Source of the DNA: an uncultured Myxococcales bacterium
GTDB taxonomy: Bacteria > Myxococcota_A > Polyangia > Palsa-1104 > JAEUJZ01
NCBI GenBank assembly: GCA_937859535.1
Contig: CALLYL010000458.1
Location: forward strand, 1 to 49,507
DNA length: 49,507 bases
Direction: 5' to 3'
Shown here: positions 36,292 through 44,307 of the stretch, piece by piece
Numbering within the stretch: the stretch's first letter is position 1
Layout of the letters: the number at the start of each line of letters is the position of its first letter
The notes under the pieces: generated by a model
What the model saw: the letters and a program-made list of their open reading frames with translations, nothing else
Databases searched by the model: none
What the model was told of the DNA's origin: nothing
Position numbers and translations under genes: made by a program

Positions 36292-37127
36292 CCCACAGCC
36301 CTATACGCTCCGAGTCTTCGTCGTTTGTGCCGTTACAGGCCGTGATCTTCGACTGGGCCGGGACGGTCTGCGACTTCGGCAGCCTGGCCCCGGTCCTCGC
36401 CCTACACAAGCTGTTTGCGGCACAGGGCGTCCCGATTACCGCAGCCCAGGCCCGTGGACCGATGGGGCGGGCCAAGCGGGATCACATCGCCGACATCCTC
36501 GGTCTGGCGGACGTAGCGACACGCTGGCAGCAGATCCACGGGTCGCGTCCCGGCGAGGCCGAGATCGACCGCCTGTTTGCGCAGTTTCTACCGATGCAGC
36601 TTGCCGAGCTGCGCGAGCGGACGGAGCTGATTCCCGGCGTACTGCCGATGATGGCCGAGCTGCGCAGGCGTGGGCTCAAGGTGGGTTCGACGACCGGCTA
36701 CACCGCCGAGATGATGGCCGAGCTGCGCCCCCTGGCCGCCGAGCGCGGCTATGTGCCCGACGCGGTGTGGACCGTATCCGATGTGAAAAAAGGACGCCCC
36801 GCGCCGTGGATGGCGGTGCGCTGTGCCGAGCAGCTCGGCGTGTGGCCGCTGTCCGCAATCGTCAAGGTCGGGGACACCGTGGCCGATGTCGCCGAGGGAC
36901 TCAACGCCGGAATGTGGACGGTCGCCTTCGCCCGCTGCGGCAACGAAATCGGACTCGATGAGGCCCAGCTCGCCGCCCTGCCCGCTGCCGAGCAGGAGCA
37001 GCTTGTCACCGAAGCCAGAGCCAGGCTCCGCCAAGCCGGTGCCCACTTCGTAGTCGACGGCCCCAGCGACCTAGTCGCCACCCTAGACACCCTAGAGCTA
37101 CGCCGAAGACGCGGGGATCGGCCGTAG
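36288..37127 (+). CDS. phnX: phosphonoacetaldehyde hydrolase (phosphonatase)
   Basis: AVIFDWAGTVCDFGS (HAD motif I), GSTTGY, KKGRPAPWM and GDTVADVAEGLNAGMWTV. The ATGA overlaps the phnW stop. The C-terminus ..GDRP resembles the ..GERP end I recall for PhnX. Confidence 0.88.
   Translation: MTHSPIRSESSSFVPLQAVIFDWAGTVCDFGSLAPVLALHKLFAAQGVPITAAQARGPMGRAKRDHIADILGLADVATRWQQIHGSRPGEAEIDRLFAQFLPMQLAELRERTELIPGVLPMMAELRRRGLKVGSTTGYTAEMMAELRPLAAERGYVPDAVWTVSDVKKGRPAPWMAVRCAEQLGVWPLSAIVKVGDTVADVAEGLNAGMWTVAFARCGNEIGLDEAQLAALPAAEQEQLVTEARARLRQAGAHFVVDGPSDLVATLDTLELRRRRGDRP
37105..37125. repeat. left copy of a 21-bp perfect direct repeat (GAAGACGCGGGGATCGGCCGT); native 3' end of phnX
   Basis: Identical to 40422-40442. 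It extends to 29 bp with 2 mismatches (37097-37125 vs 40414-40442). The last T is the first base of the phnX TAG stop. Confidence 0.9.
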
Positions 37128-37186
37128 CTCATGGATGACCCTTGCCGTCATCAGACGGGTATGTAAGGGTGTCGCCGAGGTGACGC

Positions 37187-37615
37187 ATGACTCGCCACTG
37201 TTGGGAACAGGCCGCACGTAGGCATGCACGGGACGCGCAGACGTTGCTCGGCGCTACGCCACCAGCCTACGAAAATGCGGACCAGCTCTACGGATACTGT
37301 GCGGACAGCGTTGTGAACATTGTTGCCGATGTCGTGAGCGAAGCCCGGGGACTGCGCTTTGCACCGACCGACAAGGTTCACATCAACGCACGATGGGCTG
37401 AGCTGGCCTCTTTCCGGCAGACTCCAAAGCTGACCGAGCATCTAAAGAACCTCCCACGAAGCAACCCGTTTTCCGACTGGCATGTCAACCAGCGCTACGC
37501 TTGTGACAACAAGATCAGCAAAGATGTCGTCGAGAAGCATAAACAGGCGGCGTCCAAGCTGCTGTCCGTGCTCGAATCGCTCCAAGTAGCTGGCATCTTG
37601 AAAAAGAGTCTGTGA
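37187..37615 (+). CDS. small alpha-helical protein, HEPN-like (tentative)
   Basis: 142 aa with GAGG upstream. WEQAARRHARDAQTLL near the N-terminus, and HVNQRYACDNKISKDVVEKHKQAASKLLSVLESL near the C-terminus, fit the classic HEPN (PF05168-type) layout (A..dL..A..LL ... RYp......a......a..i). No clear Rx4-6H motif. Confidence 0.45.
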   Translation: MTRHCWEQAARRHARDAQTLLGATPPAYENADQLYGYCADSVVNIVADVVSEARGLRFAPTDKVHINARWAELASFRQTPKLTEHLKNLPRSNPFSDWHVNQRYACDNKISKDVVEKHKQAASKLLSVLESLQVAGILKKSL

Positions 37616-37618
37616 TCT

Positions 37619-38995
37619 ATGCCCACTGCGCTTCCCACGCCCGATCCATCGCCCGTGTTGTTCGACAAGGTGCTGCCGTTAGCAGCGGCCTTCGTCTTGG
37701 AACACACGGCGGTGCTGGGTGGCCAGCCCCTGTTGGTGCGAGATGTGTATGGCTGCGTGCGGATCGCAGTGGACGACCGGGAGCAGCCGCTCTTCACGGA
37801 GTCTCTGCAAGCTACAGCGTCCCAGTTCGATCAGCTTCTGGGACGCTACAGTCCGGGCCCGGACGAAAGTGACGTGTTCCTACTGGGCTCACGACTGTTT
37901 GACCCAGAGGCGGTCTTTTCCTCCCCTGACATCTTGTCCCTTCCCGAGCAGCCAGGCGTCAGGCTCCTAGAGCGGCAGATCACCGGACAAGACTGGCTCC
38001 GCCCCCCGCTATCCGCTCCACCGCAGTCGGGGAGTCCACAGCCACGTCGAGCAACCCTGTACGGAGTGAAGGGCGGTGTGGGACGGTCGACCGCGCTGGC
38101 CATCTGGGCAAAGCATCTGGCCGAAGTGCGAGGCAAACGCGTGCTGGTGGTCGATTTGGATCTGGAATCGCCCGGGATCAGCTCGATCCTGCTGCCGCCC
38201 GGACGGAGTCCTGATTTTGGCTTGGTCGACTACCTGATTGAAGAAGGCGTCGGACAGGGTGCCGTGATTCTTCCTCATATCTGCGCATCCAGCCCGTTTG
38301 CCGAGGGTTCACGCGGAGAAATCGTGGTGGTGCCGACTCATGGGGAAGCGCCCGGCGACTACCTGGCGAAGCTCAGCCGCATCTATCAGGGCATCCCGGA
38401 TGGCCCGCCAGACTTCGCGTCGCGAATCTTCCTGGCCCTTATGAAGCTCGAAGAGCAGGTGAGGCCAGATGTGGTGCTCCTCGATAGTCGAGCAGGGCTG
38501 CACGACATCGCGGCCATGGCCATCACCCGACTGGATGCGCTGGCACTGCTGTTCGCGGTCAATACACCGCAGACCATGACGGGCTATCAGCTTCTGTTTG
38601 ACAGCTTCCGCCGTCATCCCGAGCGCCTGCTGAGCTACCGCAACAATCTACAAGCCGTCGCTGCGCTCGTTCCAGATACCAATCGTCCCGAATATATGCG
38701 CTCGCTTCAGACGCGCCTGTACGATCTGTTTTCCAGGTCTGTGTACGAGTCCGAGCCTGAGCCAGACAAAGACTCACCGACCGATGATTGGACCGCCGAG
38801 TGTCACGAGGTCTGGAACTACTCGCTTGATGACTCCGACGCTCCGCATCAGCCGATCCCGATTCGCTGGTATCGGTGGTTCCTCGACTTCGATCCCGTGA
38901 ATCAGCCGGAGGCCTTTGCGAAGGCTGAGGTTGAGGCCGCGTACGGCGACTTCACCAAAAGAGCCACGGAACTCCTGCTGGACAGAGCCGGTTAA
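37619..38995 (+). CDS. ParA/MinD-like P-loop ATPase with KGGVGR Walker A variant and unknown ~145-aa N-terminal domain
   Basis: Deviant Walker A LYGVKGGVGRSTAL (38069-38092), in which the signature Lys is kept and the P-loop Lys is Arg. Switch I-like VLVVDLDLESPG and Walker B VVLLDSRAGLHD are present. The start lies 3 nt after the upstream stop. Confidence 0.75.
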   Translation: MPTALPTPDPSPVLFDKVLPLAAAFVLEHTAVLGGQPLLVRDVYGCVRIAVDDREQPLFTESLQATASQFDQLLGRYSPGPDESDVFLLGSRLFDPEAVFSSPDILSLPEQPGVRLLERQITGQDWLRPPLSAPPQSGSPQPRRATLYGVKGGVGRSTALAIWAKHLAEVRGKRVLVVDLDLESPGISSILLPPGRSPDFGLVDYLIEEGVGQGAVILPHICASSPFAEGSRGEIVVVPTHGEAPGDYLAKLSRIYQGIPDGPPDFASRIFLALMKLEEQVRPDVVLLDSRAGLHDIAAMAITRLDALALLFAVNTPQTMTGYQLLFDSFRRHPERLLSYRNNLQAVAALVPDTNRPEYMRSLQTRLYDLFSRSVYESEPEPDKDSPTDDWTAECHEVWNYSLDDSDAPHQPIPIRWYRWFLDFDPVNQPEAFAKAEVEAAYGDFTKRATELLLDRAG

Positions 38996-38998
38996 ACC

Positions 38999-40423
38999 AT
39001 GGACTCCCGAACGTTTCGCTCGGCCTTCTTGAGCGCGATCCCCGCCCAAAACATCGGAGTGCCAGAGGCCAAGTACCTCTACATTCCGAAGACCCACCTG
39101 CGTGCGCTCCACCCGGACCATGCCCTGGTGCGGGGGATTCGCGGCGCGGGCAAGAGCGTCTGGTGGTCGGTCTTGCAGTTCGAGGACCTAAGCTGGCTCC
39201 TCAAGCAGATCTTCCCCTCCGCGATGATGCCGACGAGCATCGAGGTGAAGCCCGGCTTCGGCGAACAATTAAATCCGCAAGCATATCCGGGCCGCGACAC
39301 CTTGGAGCTGCTGCTAACGTCACATCAGCCTCGGCTGATCTGGCGAACGGTTGTGCTGTGGGGAGTTCGAGCCATTCCGGAACATCTCGAAACCTGGACG
39401 GACCGGGTAGGCTGGGTGGCGCAGAATCCAGAGCTAGCGGAACGAAACCTCAGTACGGCGCATCAGCAGATGGCCCAGAAGCAGACGCTGGGGCTGTTTG
39501 TCTTCGATGCACTCGACCGCACTGCCACAACGTGGGACAGCAGGGCCAGGCTGCTCGATGGTCTGCTGGAAAACCTGCTCGAGTTTCGGTCTTTCCGGTT
39601 CATTCGCCTCAAGGCGTTTGTTCGGCCCGACATGCTGGTGGGACCAGAGATCGGACGCTTTCCCGATGCCTCGAAAGTGCTGACGGGTGCGATTGACTTG
39701 TCTTGGCCGCGAGCACAGCTCTTTGGACTCCTGTGGCAGTACCTGCTCAATGCGCCCACTGCCGAGGGGCAGCCGGGATTTCGCGAGCTGTGCAAGCAGG
39801 TATTCCACCAACGCCTGGGGCTGCACGAGGGCGTCTGGCACGGCTCGGACGAGATGAACACGGACGAAGAGACCCAGCGGTCGATCTTCGAGGTGCTCGC
39901 CGGGGAGTTTATGGGGAGCAATCGGCTTCGTGGCTATCCCTACACCTGGTTGCCGAACCACCTGGCCGATGCCTATGGTCAGGTGAGTCCGCGCTCGTTT
40001 CTGGCCGCGCTGCGAGAAGCCGCCGAAGACACGGACCGCTGCTACCCGCAGCACCCGCAGGCCCTTCACTATGAAGCGCTCAAGCGTGGTGTCCAAAAGG
40101 CCTCGCAGATCCGCGTGGAAGAGTTCGAGGAAGACTTCCCATGGATTCGCGAGGTCATGAAGCCGCTCAAGGAATTAACGGTTCCCTGCTCGCTGACTCA
40201 GATCGACGAGCGATGGGTCAAGGCCAAGCTCAAGCAGAAACTCGGTGAGCAGCGTCAAGGCGTACTACCAGGCCGCTCCAATGATTTTTCAGCAGGTCTT
40301 ATCGAACAGCTTACGTCGGTAGGCATTTTCTCGCGCATGCCAGACCAGCGAATCAACCTGCCGGATGTCTATCGAGTGGGATTTGGCTTAAAGCGGCTCG
40401 GTGGCGTGAAGCCGCTGCGCTGA
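38999..40423 (+). CDS. uncharacterised P-loop NTPase
   Basis: Walker A GIRGAGKS (39134-39157) near the N-terminus and a Walker B-like LGLFVFDALDR. The long C-terminal region matches no family I recognise. The start lies 3 nt after the upstream stop. Confidence 0.7.
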   Translation: MDSRTFRSAFLSAIPAQNIGVPEAKYLYIPKTHLRALHPDHALVRGIRGAGKSVWWSVLQFEDLSWLLKQIFPSAMMPTSIEVKPGFGEQLNPQAYPGRDTLELLLTSHQPRLIWRTVVLWGVRAIPEHLETWTDRVGWVAQNPELAERNLSTAHQQMAQKQTLGLFVFDALDRTATTWDSRARLLDGLLENLLEFRSFRFIRLKAFVRPDMLVGPEIGRFPDASKVLTGAIDLSWPRAQLFGLLWQYLLNAPTAEGQPGFRELCKQVFHQRLGLHEGVWHGSDEMNTDEETQRSIFEVLAGEFMGSNRLRGYPYTWLPNHLADAYGQVSPRSFLAALREAAEDTDRCYPQHPQALHYEALKRGVQKASQIRVEEFEEDFPWIREVMKPLKELTVPCSLTQIDERWVKAKLKQKLGEQRQGVLPGRSNDFSAGLIEQLTSVGIFSRMPDQRINLPDVYRVGFGLKRLGGVKPLR

Positions 40424-40442
40424 AGACGCGGGGATCGGCCGT
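40422..40442. repeat. right copy of the 21-bp direct repeat (duplicated phnX 3' end)
   Basis: Identical to 37105-37125. It begins inside the TGA stop (40421-23) of the third cassette gene. Confidence 0.9.
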
Positions 40443-40469
40443 CGTCACCGCTGGTCTCCGCACCAAGAC

Positions 40470-42179
40470 TTACTGTTGAATCGGTCTCCCAAAGAAGTAC
40501 AGCTGGCCAGGTCGGTAGGCTACCGATTCACGACTCTCCAGAAACTTCTGCGCACTGGCAGCCGCCATCTGGGGGTCGAAGCCTTCCGACGTTTCCCAGT
40601 CGGAGCAGTTGATACCCGTGGAAGCCTCAAACCTCTGGCGCAAGTCGACGGTAAGCTCGGGCCCATATTTGAGGTCGATGATCTCGCGGGCGAGCGCGAT
40701 CACACCAAACAGACCGCCGCGAAAGATAGGTACATCTTCCCGACCAAGCCGTTGAGACAACGCTTGATAGCAAATGGTGGTCTTCTCGCAACAGGCCTGA
40801 CACCCGATAGGTTGGTGGGGTCCATGCCGCACCGCCTGAAACGCGAACATCTGGTTTAGTCTACTTTCCAAATGAGCATACTTGGGGTTGTTGGCGTTTC
40901 GGCGGTAGGCCTCTAGTACGAGTGGGACATCGCAAAGCATGCTGCGGCGAAGGAGCCCCCAGCACAGCGAATAGGTCAGGTCGGGTGACGCCCCCCGACG
41001 GATTGTTTCTCGCCAGGGATCGAGGACGCAGTCATCTGCTGCGTCTGCGATCAGGTCAATGGCGGCACGTTGGAACATCGGCTCATTGTCCTTGCCGATC
41101 AAGGCAGACAAACCCTCTAGCGGAGTACGATTGCCCGACATCGCTGCACGAAGGCAGGTGTGCAGGGAAAGCCAGGGCCAGTCTCGATGAATCGTCAGCG
41201 CTGCTGAAGGTGGAGGCGTTGTCGACCGAACAAAGTACCCACCTCGGAACGGCTCGAAGCCGAGAGGTAGGGCGAAGTAGTCGTCCACATCGAAGATCGT
41301 GCGCACCTCAGGCACATCCATTCCTCGATTGGGTGGGTACGCCGCGAAAATCTGCGCAGCAGATCCGACATCTTCGATAAAGTGGCCCATAAAAATGTGC
41401 TGGCCGACTGGGTAGCCGTTGGCCTTCCCAGATTCATGGAAGAGCTCAAGATCCGCCCTGGCTTGGAGCAAGTTGACTTTGCCATGGGTGAACCACTTGC
41501 TGCATGACAGTCCCGTGGTCACCTCGAATTTGTGGCGATCGTCTGGATCCAACAAGCCCTTGCGAAGATCCTTCAGCATCGCCGTCACGAGGGATCCAAG
41601 CGCAAATGCGCGGCCACGGTAGACATGGATCAGATTGGTTCCGAGTTCGTTCCATAGACGGAAGTAGCGCTCCGCAACCGCCGTCCGATACTCTTCCCAT
41701 TGCTCCTCTGGAGGCGCGGATAAGGACTCCTCGGCAGGCTTGGTAAGAAGCCAGTCCAGCATCATAGGAATGCTGTCGGAGTCGGTGTGTCTCCGGTTCA
41801 TCTCATAGAACCGGAACAACACCGGAACATCCGCCAGTCGCCCTCTCGCAGCCAACGCGGTGACGATATCTAGACCGCGATCGAATGAGGTACTCTTCTG
41901 AAGAGTAAGAACCAGGGCTTCAAGATCGGCTGCGGTTCCGGCGTCTGCCACCACGCTACAAGCGACGCCGTGAAGTTCAGTATCGCGAGTTTGCCCGATG
42001 AGTTCCCTCACTACCTGGCTCACCAGCCCAAATGCTCCGTGGCGTGCTTGCGTGATGGTGGCCCTTAGTAGGCCCCATTCGTCACGGGGAGCAGGGTGGC
42101 GTGCAGCCTGTTGTAAGTCCTCGGCAGGGAATGCGTCGTAGCCTGCGCCGTACCAGTCAAACGAACGTTCATCATCCAT
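40470..42179 (-). CDS. internally duplicated hypothetical protein; candidate immunity protein for the adjacent DUF4150 toxin
   Basis: It lies 5 nt downstream of the toxin gene on the same strand. The two halves are homologous (YRGRAFALGSLVTAMLKDLRKGLLDPDDRHKFEVTTGLSCSKWFT vs FRGGLFGVIALAREIIDLKYGPELTVDLRQRFEASTGINCSDWET). Confidence 0.55.
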   Translation of the reverse strand: MDDERSFDWYGAGYDAFPAEDLQQAARHPAPRDEWGLLRATITQARHGAFGLVSQVVRELIGQTRDTELHGVACSVVADAGTAADLEALVLTLQKSTSFDRGLDIVTALAARGRLADVPVLFRFYEMNRRHTDSDSIPMMLDWLLTKPAEESLSAPPEEQWEEYRTAVAERYFRLWNELGTNLIHVYRGRAFALGSLVTAMLKDLRKGLLDPDDRHKFEVTTGLSCSKWFTHGKVNLLQARADLELFHESGKANGYPVGQHIFMGHFIEDVGSAAQIFAAYPPNRGMDVPEVRTIFDVDDYFALPLGFEPFRGGYFVRSTTPPPSAALTIHRDWPWLSLHTCLRAAMSGNRTPLEGLSALIGKDNEPMFQRAAIDLIADAADDCVLDPWRETIRRGASPDLTYSLCWGLLRRSMLCDVPLVLEAYRRNANNPKYAHLESRLNQMFAFQAVRHGPHQPIGCQACCEKTTICYQALSQRLGREDVPIFRGGLFGVIALAREIIDLKYGPELTVDLRQRFEASTGINCSDWETSEGFDPQMAAASAQKFLESRESVAYRPGQLYFFGRPIQQ

Positions 42180-42184
42180 CGGAC

Positions 42185-43270
42185 TTATCCCAACTTCTGG
42201 AAGTCAGTAAATTCGGCTTCCAGTTTCTTACAGGCTGGACACAATTTCTTGTCGAGGGTCAAGTTCCCCTGACCCGTAGGGCATCCACCGGCACTTTTGG
42301 GGGTGAGGTGGTTCACTTGATCATCCTCTTCCATCTCTCTCAGAGGCGGAATACGGTCTGCACTGGCTTTTTGTTGCTGCGCTTTCCTGTAGTTTCGCCA
42401 TTTGCTATCGATGCTTTTATGCTGCTTCTGACGCTCGTCACCCTTGGACGGTTGTTTATGGTAGACATCGCAAGGAGGACTAGGGGCAACCGGAGGGCAA
42501 CCACAGCTTTTGGCAGCTACTGCTTTGCGGCTTAACTCTTTGTACTCTCTCAGCTTTTTGTCACGCCAGGCGTTCTGTTCAGCGAGTTCGGCTTCTTTTT
42601 TAGCAAGCTTGAATCCGGCGGCAGTGATTGCATCAGCGTCCCCACCCTTCAGCGCGTTCGCCAGCGCCTGCTTGTTCGCGTCGATGCCCTTCTGAATGCC
42701 TTGGCTTCTGCGCGCAGACTCCTCTTGGATATTGTCCTCATACCACTCATCACGATGCATATCTGCGCCATCGGAATGCTGAGGGCCGTTGCAGCAGGCG
42801 CACTTCTTGTCTGCGATGGCTTGGGTGGCAGCAGCCTGCATTTCAGCATTGGGGAAAGGTGGCGTGCTGCCCGGATAGCTGGCGTGATTGCTGGTGGTGA
42901 GGTCGAGATGCCGGCAGACATTCTTGCCCTCGACCATCACGTCCATCGAGTGGGCCGCAAAGTAGGTCTTGCCCGAGATGGTATGGGTGATCACTGCGCC
43001 ACCAAAGTTGCGGGTCGCCGCTTCATTTCCCAAGGGAGAGGACTGATAAAAGCTCTGTCCCTTGAGAGCGAGCGGCTTGACGCCAATCTTCACGGTCGTG
43101 CTTCCGTCCTGTAGATCCTTGGCAAACGACGTGTTGGGATACGGCACTGGCACGGGCCCGGCGGGCGGCGGCGGTGGGCTCAGACACACATCGGGAAACG
43201 CGGCCAGCACTTTGCCATCGCCCGCCTTGTGGGCGATCTCCATGTTGTTAGCGAACACGTTTTTGCCCAT
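42185..43270 (-). CDS. DUF4150 (PAAR-like) T6SS effector with HNH/EndoVII-like C-terminal toxin motif
   Basis: The N-terminal MGKNVFANNMEIAHKAGDGKVLAAFPDVCLSPPPPPAGPVPVPYPN...MVEGKNVCRHLDLTTSNH is typical DUF4150. The C-terminal VNHLTPKSAGGCPTGQGNLTLDKKLCPACKK fits the HNH pattern (H...GG....NL..L C..C). AGGAG lies upstream. Confidence 0.7.
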   Translation of the reverse strand: MGKNVFANNMEIAHKAGDGKVLAAFPDVCLSPPPPPAGPVPVPYPNTSFAKDLQDGSTTVKIGVKPLALKGQSFYQSSPLGNEAATRNFGGAVITHTISGKTYFAAHSMDVMVEGKNVCRHLDLTTSNHASYPGSTPPFPNAEMQAAATQAIADKKCACCNGPQHSDGADMHRDEWYEDNIQEESARRSQGIQKGIDANKQALANALKGGDADAITAAGFKLAKKEAELAEQNAWRDKKLREYKELSRKAVAAKSCGCPPVAPSPPCDVYHKQPSKGDERQKQHKSIDSKWRNYRKAQQQKASADRIPPLREMEEDDQVNHLTPKSAGGCPTGQGNLTLDKKLCPACKKLEAEFTDFQKLG

Positions 43271-43284
43271 GTGGATGCGCTCCT

Positions 43285-44307
43285 CTACTGAACGCTGGTG
43301 AATACGACGGCGGCGCGAGCACCTTGTTCGTTACCAGCACAGGCCAACGCTCGCGGACCGGGTGCATACTGTCGTTGCCAGGCAGCCATGGCCCACAGCA
43401 GGCTGCATAGCCCTGCGGCGGCTCCGGTATCACCCAACGACTCTGCGGGGAGCCAGAGCGGGAAGTCGGGCTTCCGTTCAAGAAGCAGCCGAGACACGAG
43501 CAGCGCTTGCTCTTTGAAGTGGAAGCTCTCGCCTGCGGCATCGGACAGCCGGAAGTCGAGGTCGTGCAGCTGCAAGCTGGCCTCCGACAGCGCCGCACGG
43601 ACTGCGGCAATCAGTCCATCCGCACGCAACGGGATCTCGTTGCCAAGAAGCGACGGCTCCGTTGCAAACCCGACCCCACAGAGTTGAGCGAGCGCGTCGC
43701 GGCTGTCTTGGCTGAGCATCAGCGCGGCAGCGGCCTCGCCCGGAATCAGTCCGTCGGAGTTGCCTTCCACGATCAAGCGGTCCTGCTCCGCCAGTGGGAG
43801 CAGCCTCCACGCAGAGAGCAAGGAGTCGGCTGCCGCTACGACACACGGCACGCCAGCACGGACGCTCGCACGGCCCAGATCGAGCGCCAGGTAACCACCG
43901 CAGGCACCTCCTGTCAGGAGGTGGAGGTTGTCCGGCGAAAGCTGTAGGCCGAGCGTTCGGGACAACGCTTCACAAGCAAACGCAGCAGAGTAAGCTTGGC
44001 CACCGCGTGCCGGTGGAAGTGTCAGAAACAACGGCATCCGCTGGAGCACCACTGGTCCACCCCGGTGTCGTGTGACGTCTCGCAGCGCGTGGGTGAGCAG
44101 AAACAGCCACCGCTCCTCATACGAGGAATCCTCGGACAGCAAGTCGCGTAGAGAGGACGCGACGATCTCTCGACCTTGGTTGTCACGGTATGCAGAACTG
44201 CTCTTGCGCGTGATCCCGGCACGCATGGCCGCGCAGGCGCAAGCCCAAGTCATGCCAACCGGACAGGCCAGCCCTGCGGCACTCACGTAGACTGGTGCAG
44301 ACGTCAT
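43285..44307 (-). CDS. thiolase-fold / beta-ketoacyl-synthase-like protein (degenerate)
   Basis: PVYVSAAGLACPVG, a Cys-containing LTGGACGGYLALDLG and the C-terminal ACAGNEQGARAAVVF resemble KAS N-terminal, nucleophile and C-terminal Gly-rich segments. The ATGA overlaps the DUF2169 stop (44304-44307). Confidence 0.5.
   Translation of the reverse strand: MTSAPVYVSAAGLACPVGMTWACACAAMRAGITRKSSSAYRDNQGREIVASSLRDLLSEDSSYEERWLFLLTHALRDVTRHRGGPVVLQRMPLFLTLPPARGGQAYSAAFACEALSRTLGLQLSPDNLHLLTGGACGGYLALDLGRASVRAGVPCVVAAADSLLSAWRLLPLAEQDRLIVEGNSDGLIPGEAAAALMLSQDSRDALAQLCGVGFATEPSLLGNEIPLRADGLIAAVRAALSEASLQLHDLDFRLSDAAGESFHFKEQALLVSRLLLERKPDFPLWLPAESLGDTGAAAGLCSLLWAMAAWQRQYAPGPRALACAGNEQGARAAVVFTSVQ

Noticed and set aside
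37187-37615. HEPN-MNT type toxin-antitoxin pair
   Set aside because: No minimal nucleotidyltransferase gene is adjacent, and I could not find the HepT-type Rx4-6H motif. The HEPN call itself is only tentative.
32552-38995. Partition system: the palindrome array as a centromere serviced by the ParA-like ATPase (37619-38995)
   Set aside because: The array and the ATPase lie about 5 kb apart in different repeat-bounded units, separated by phnWX. There is no ParB/RHH centromere-binding gene or replication gene. The ATPase also has an extra N-terminal domain and a Lys-to-Arg P-loop. The formal resemblance of the array to sopC is kept as a separate finding.
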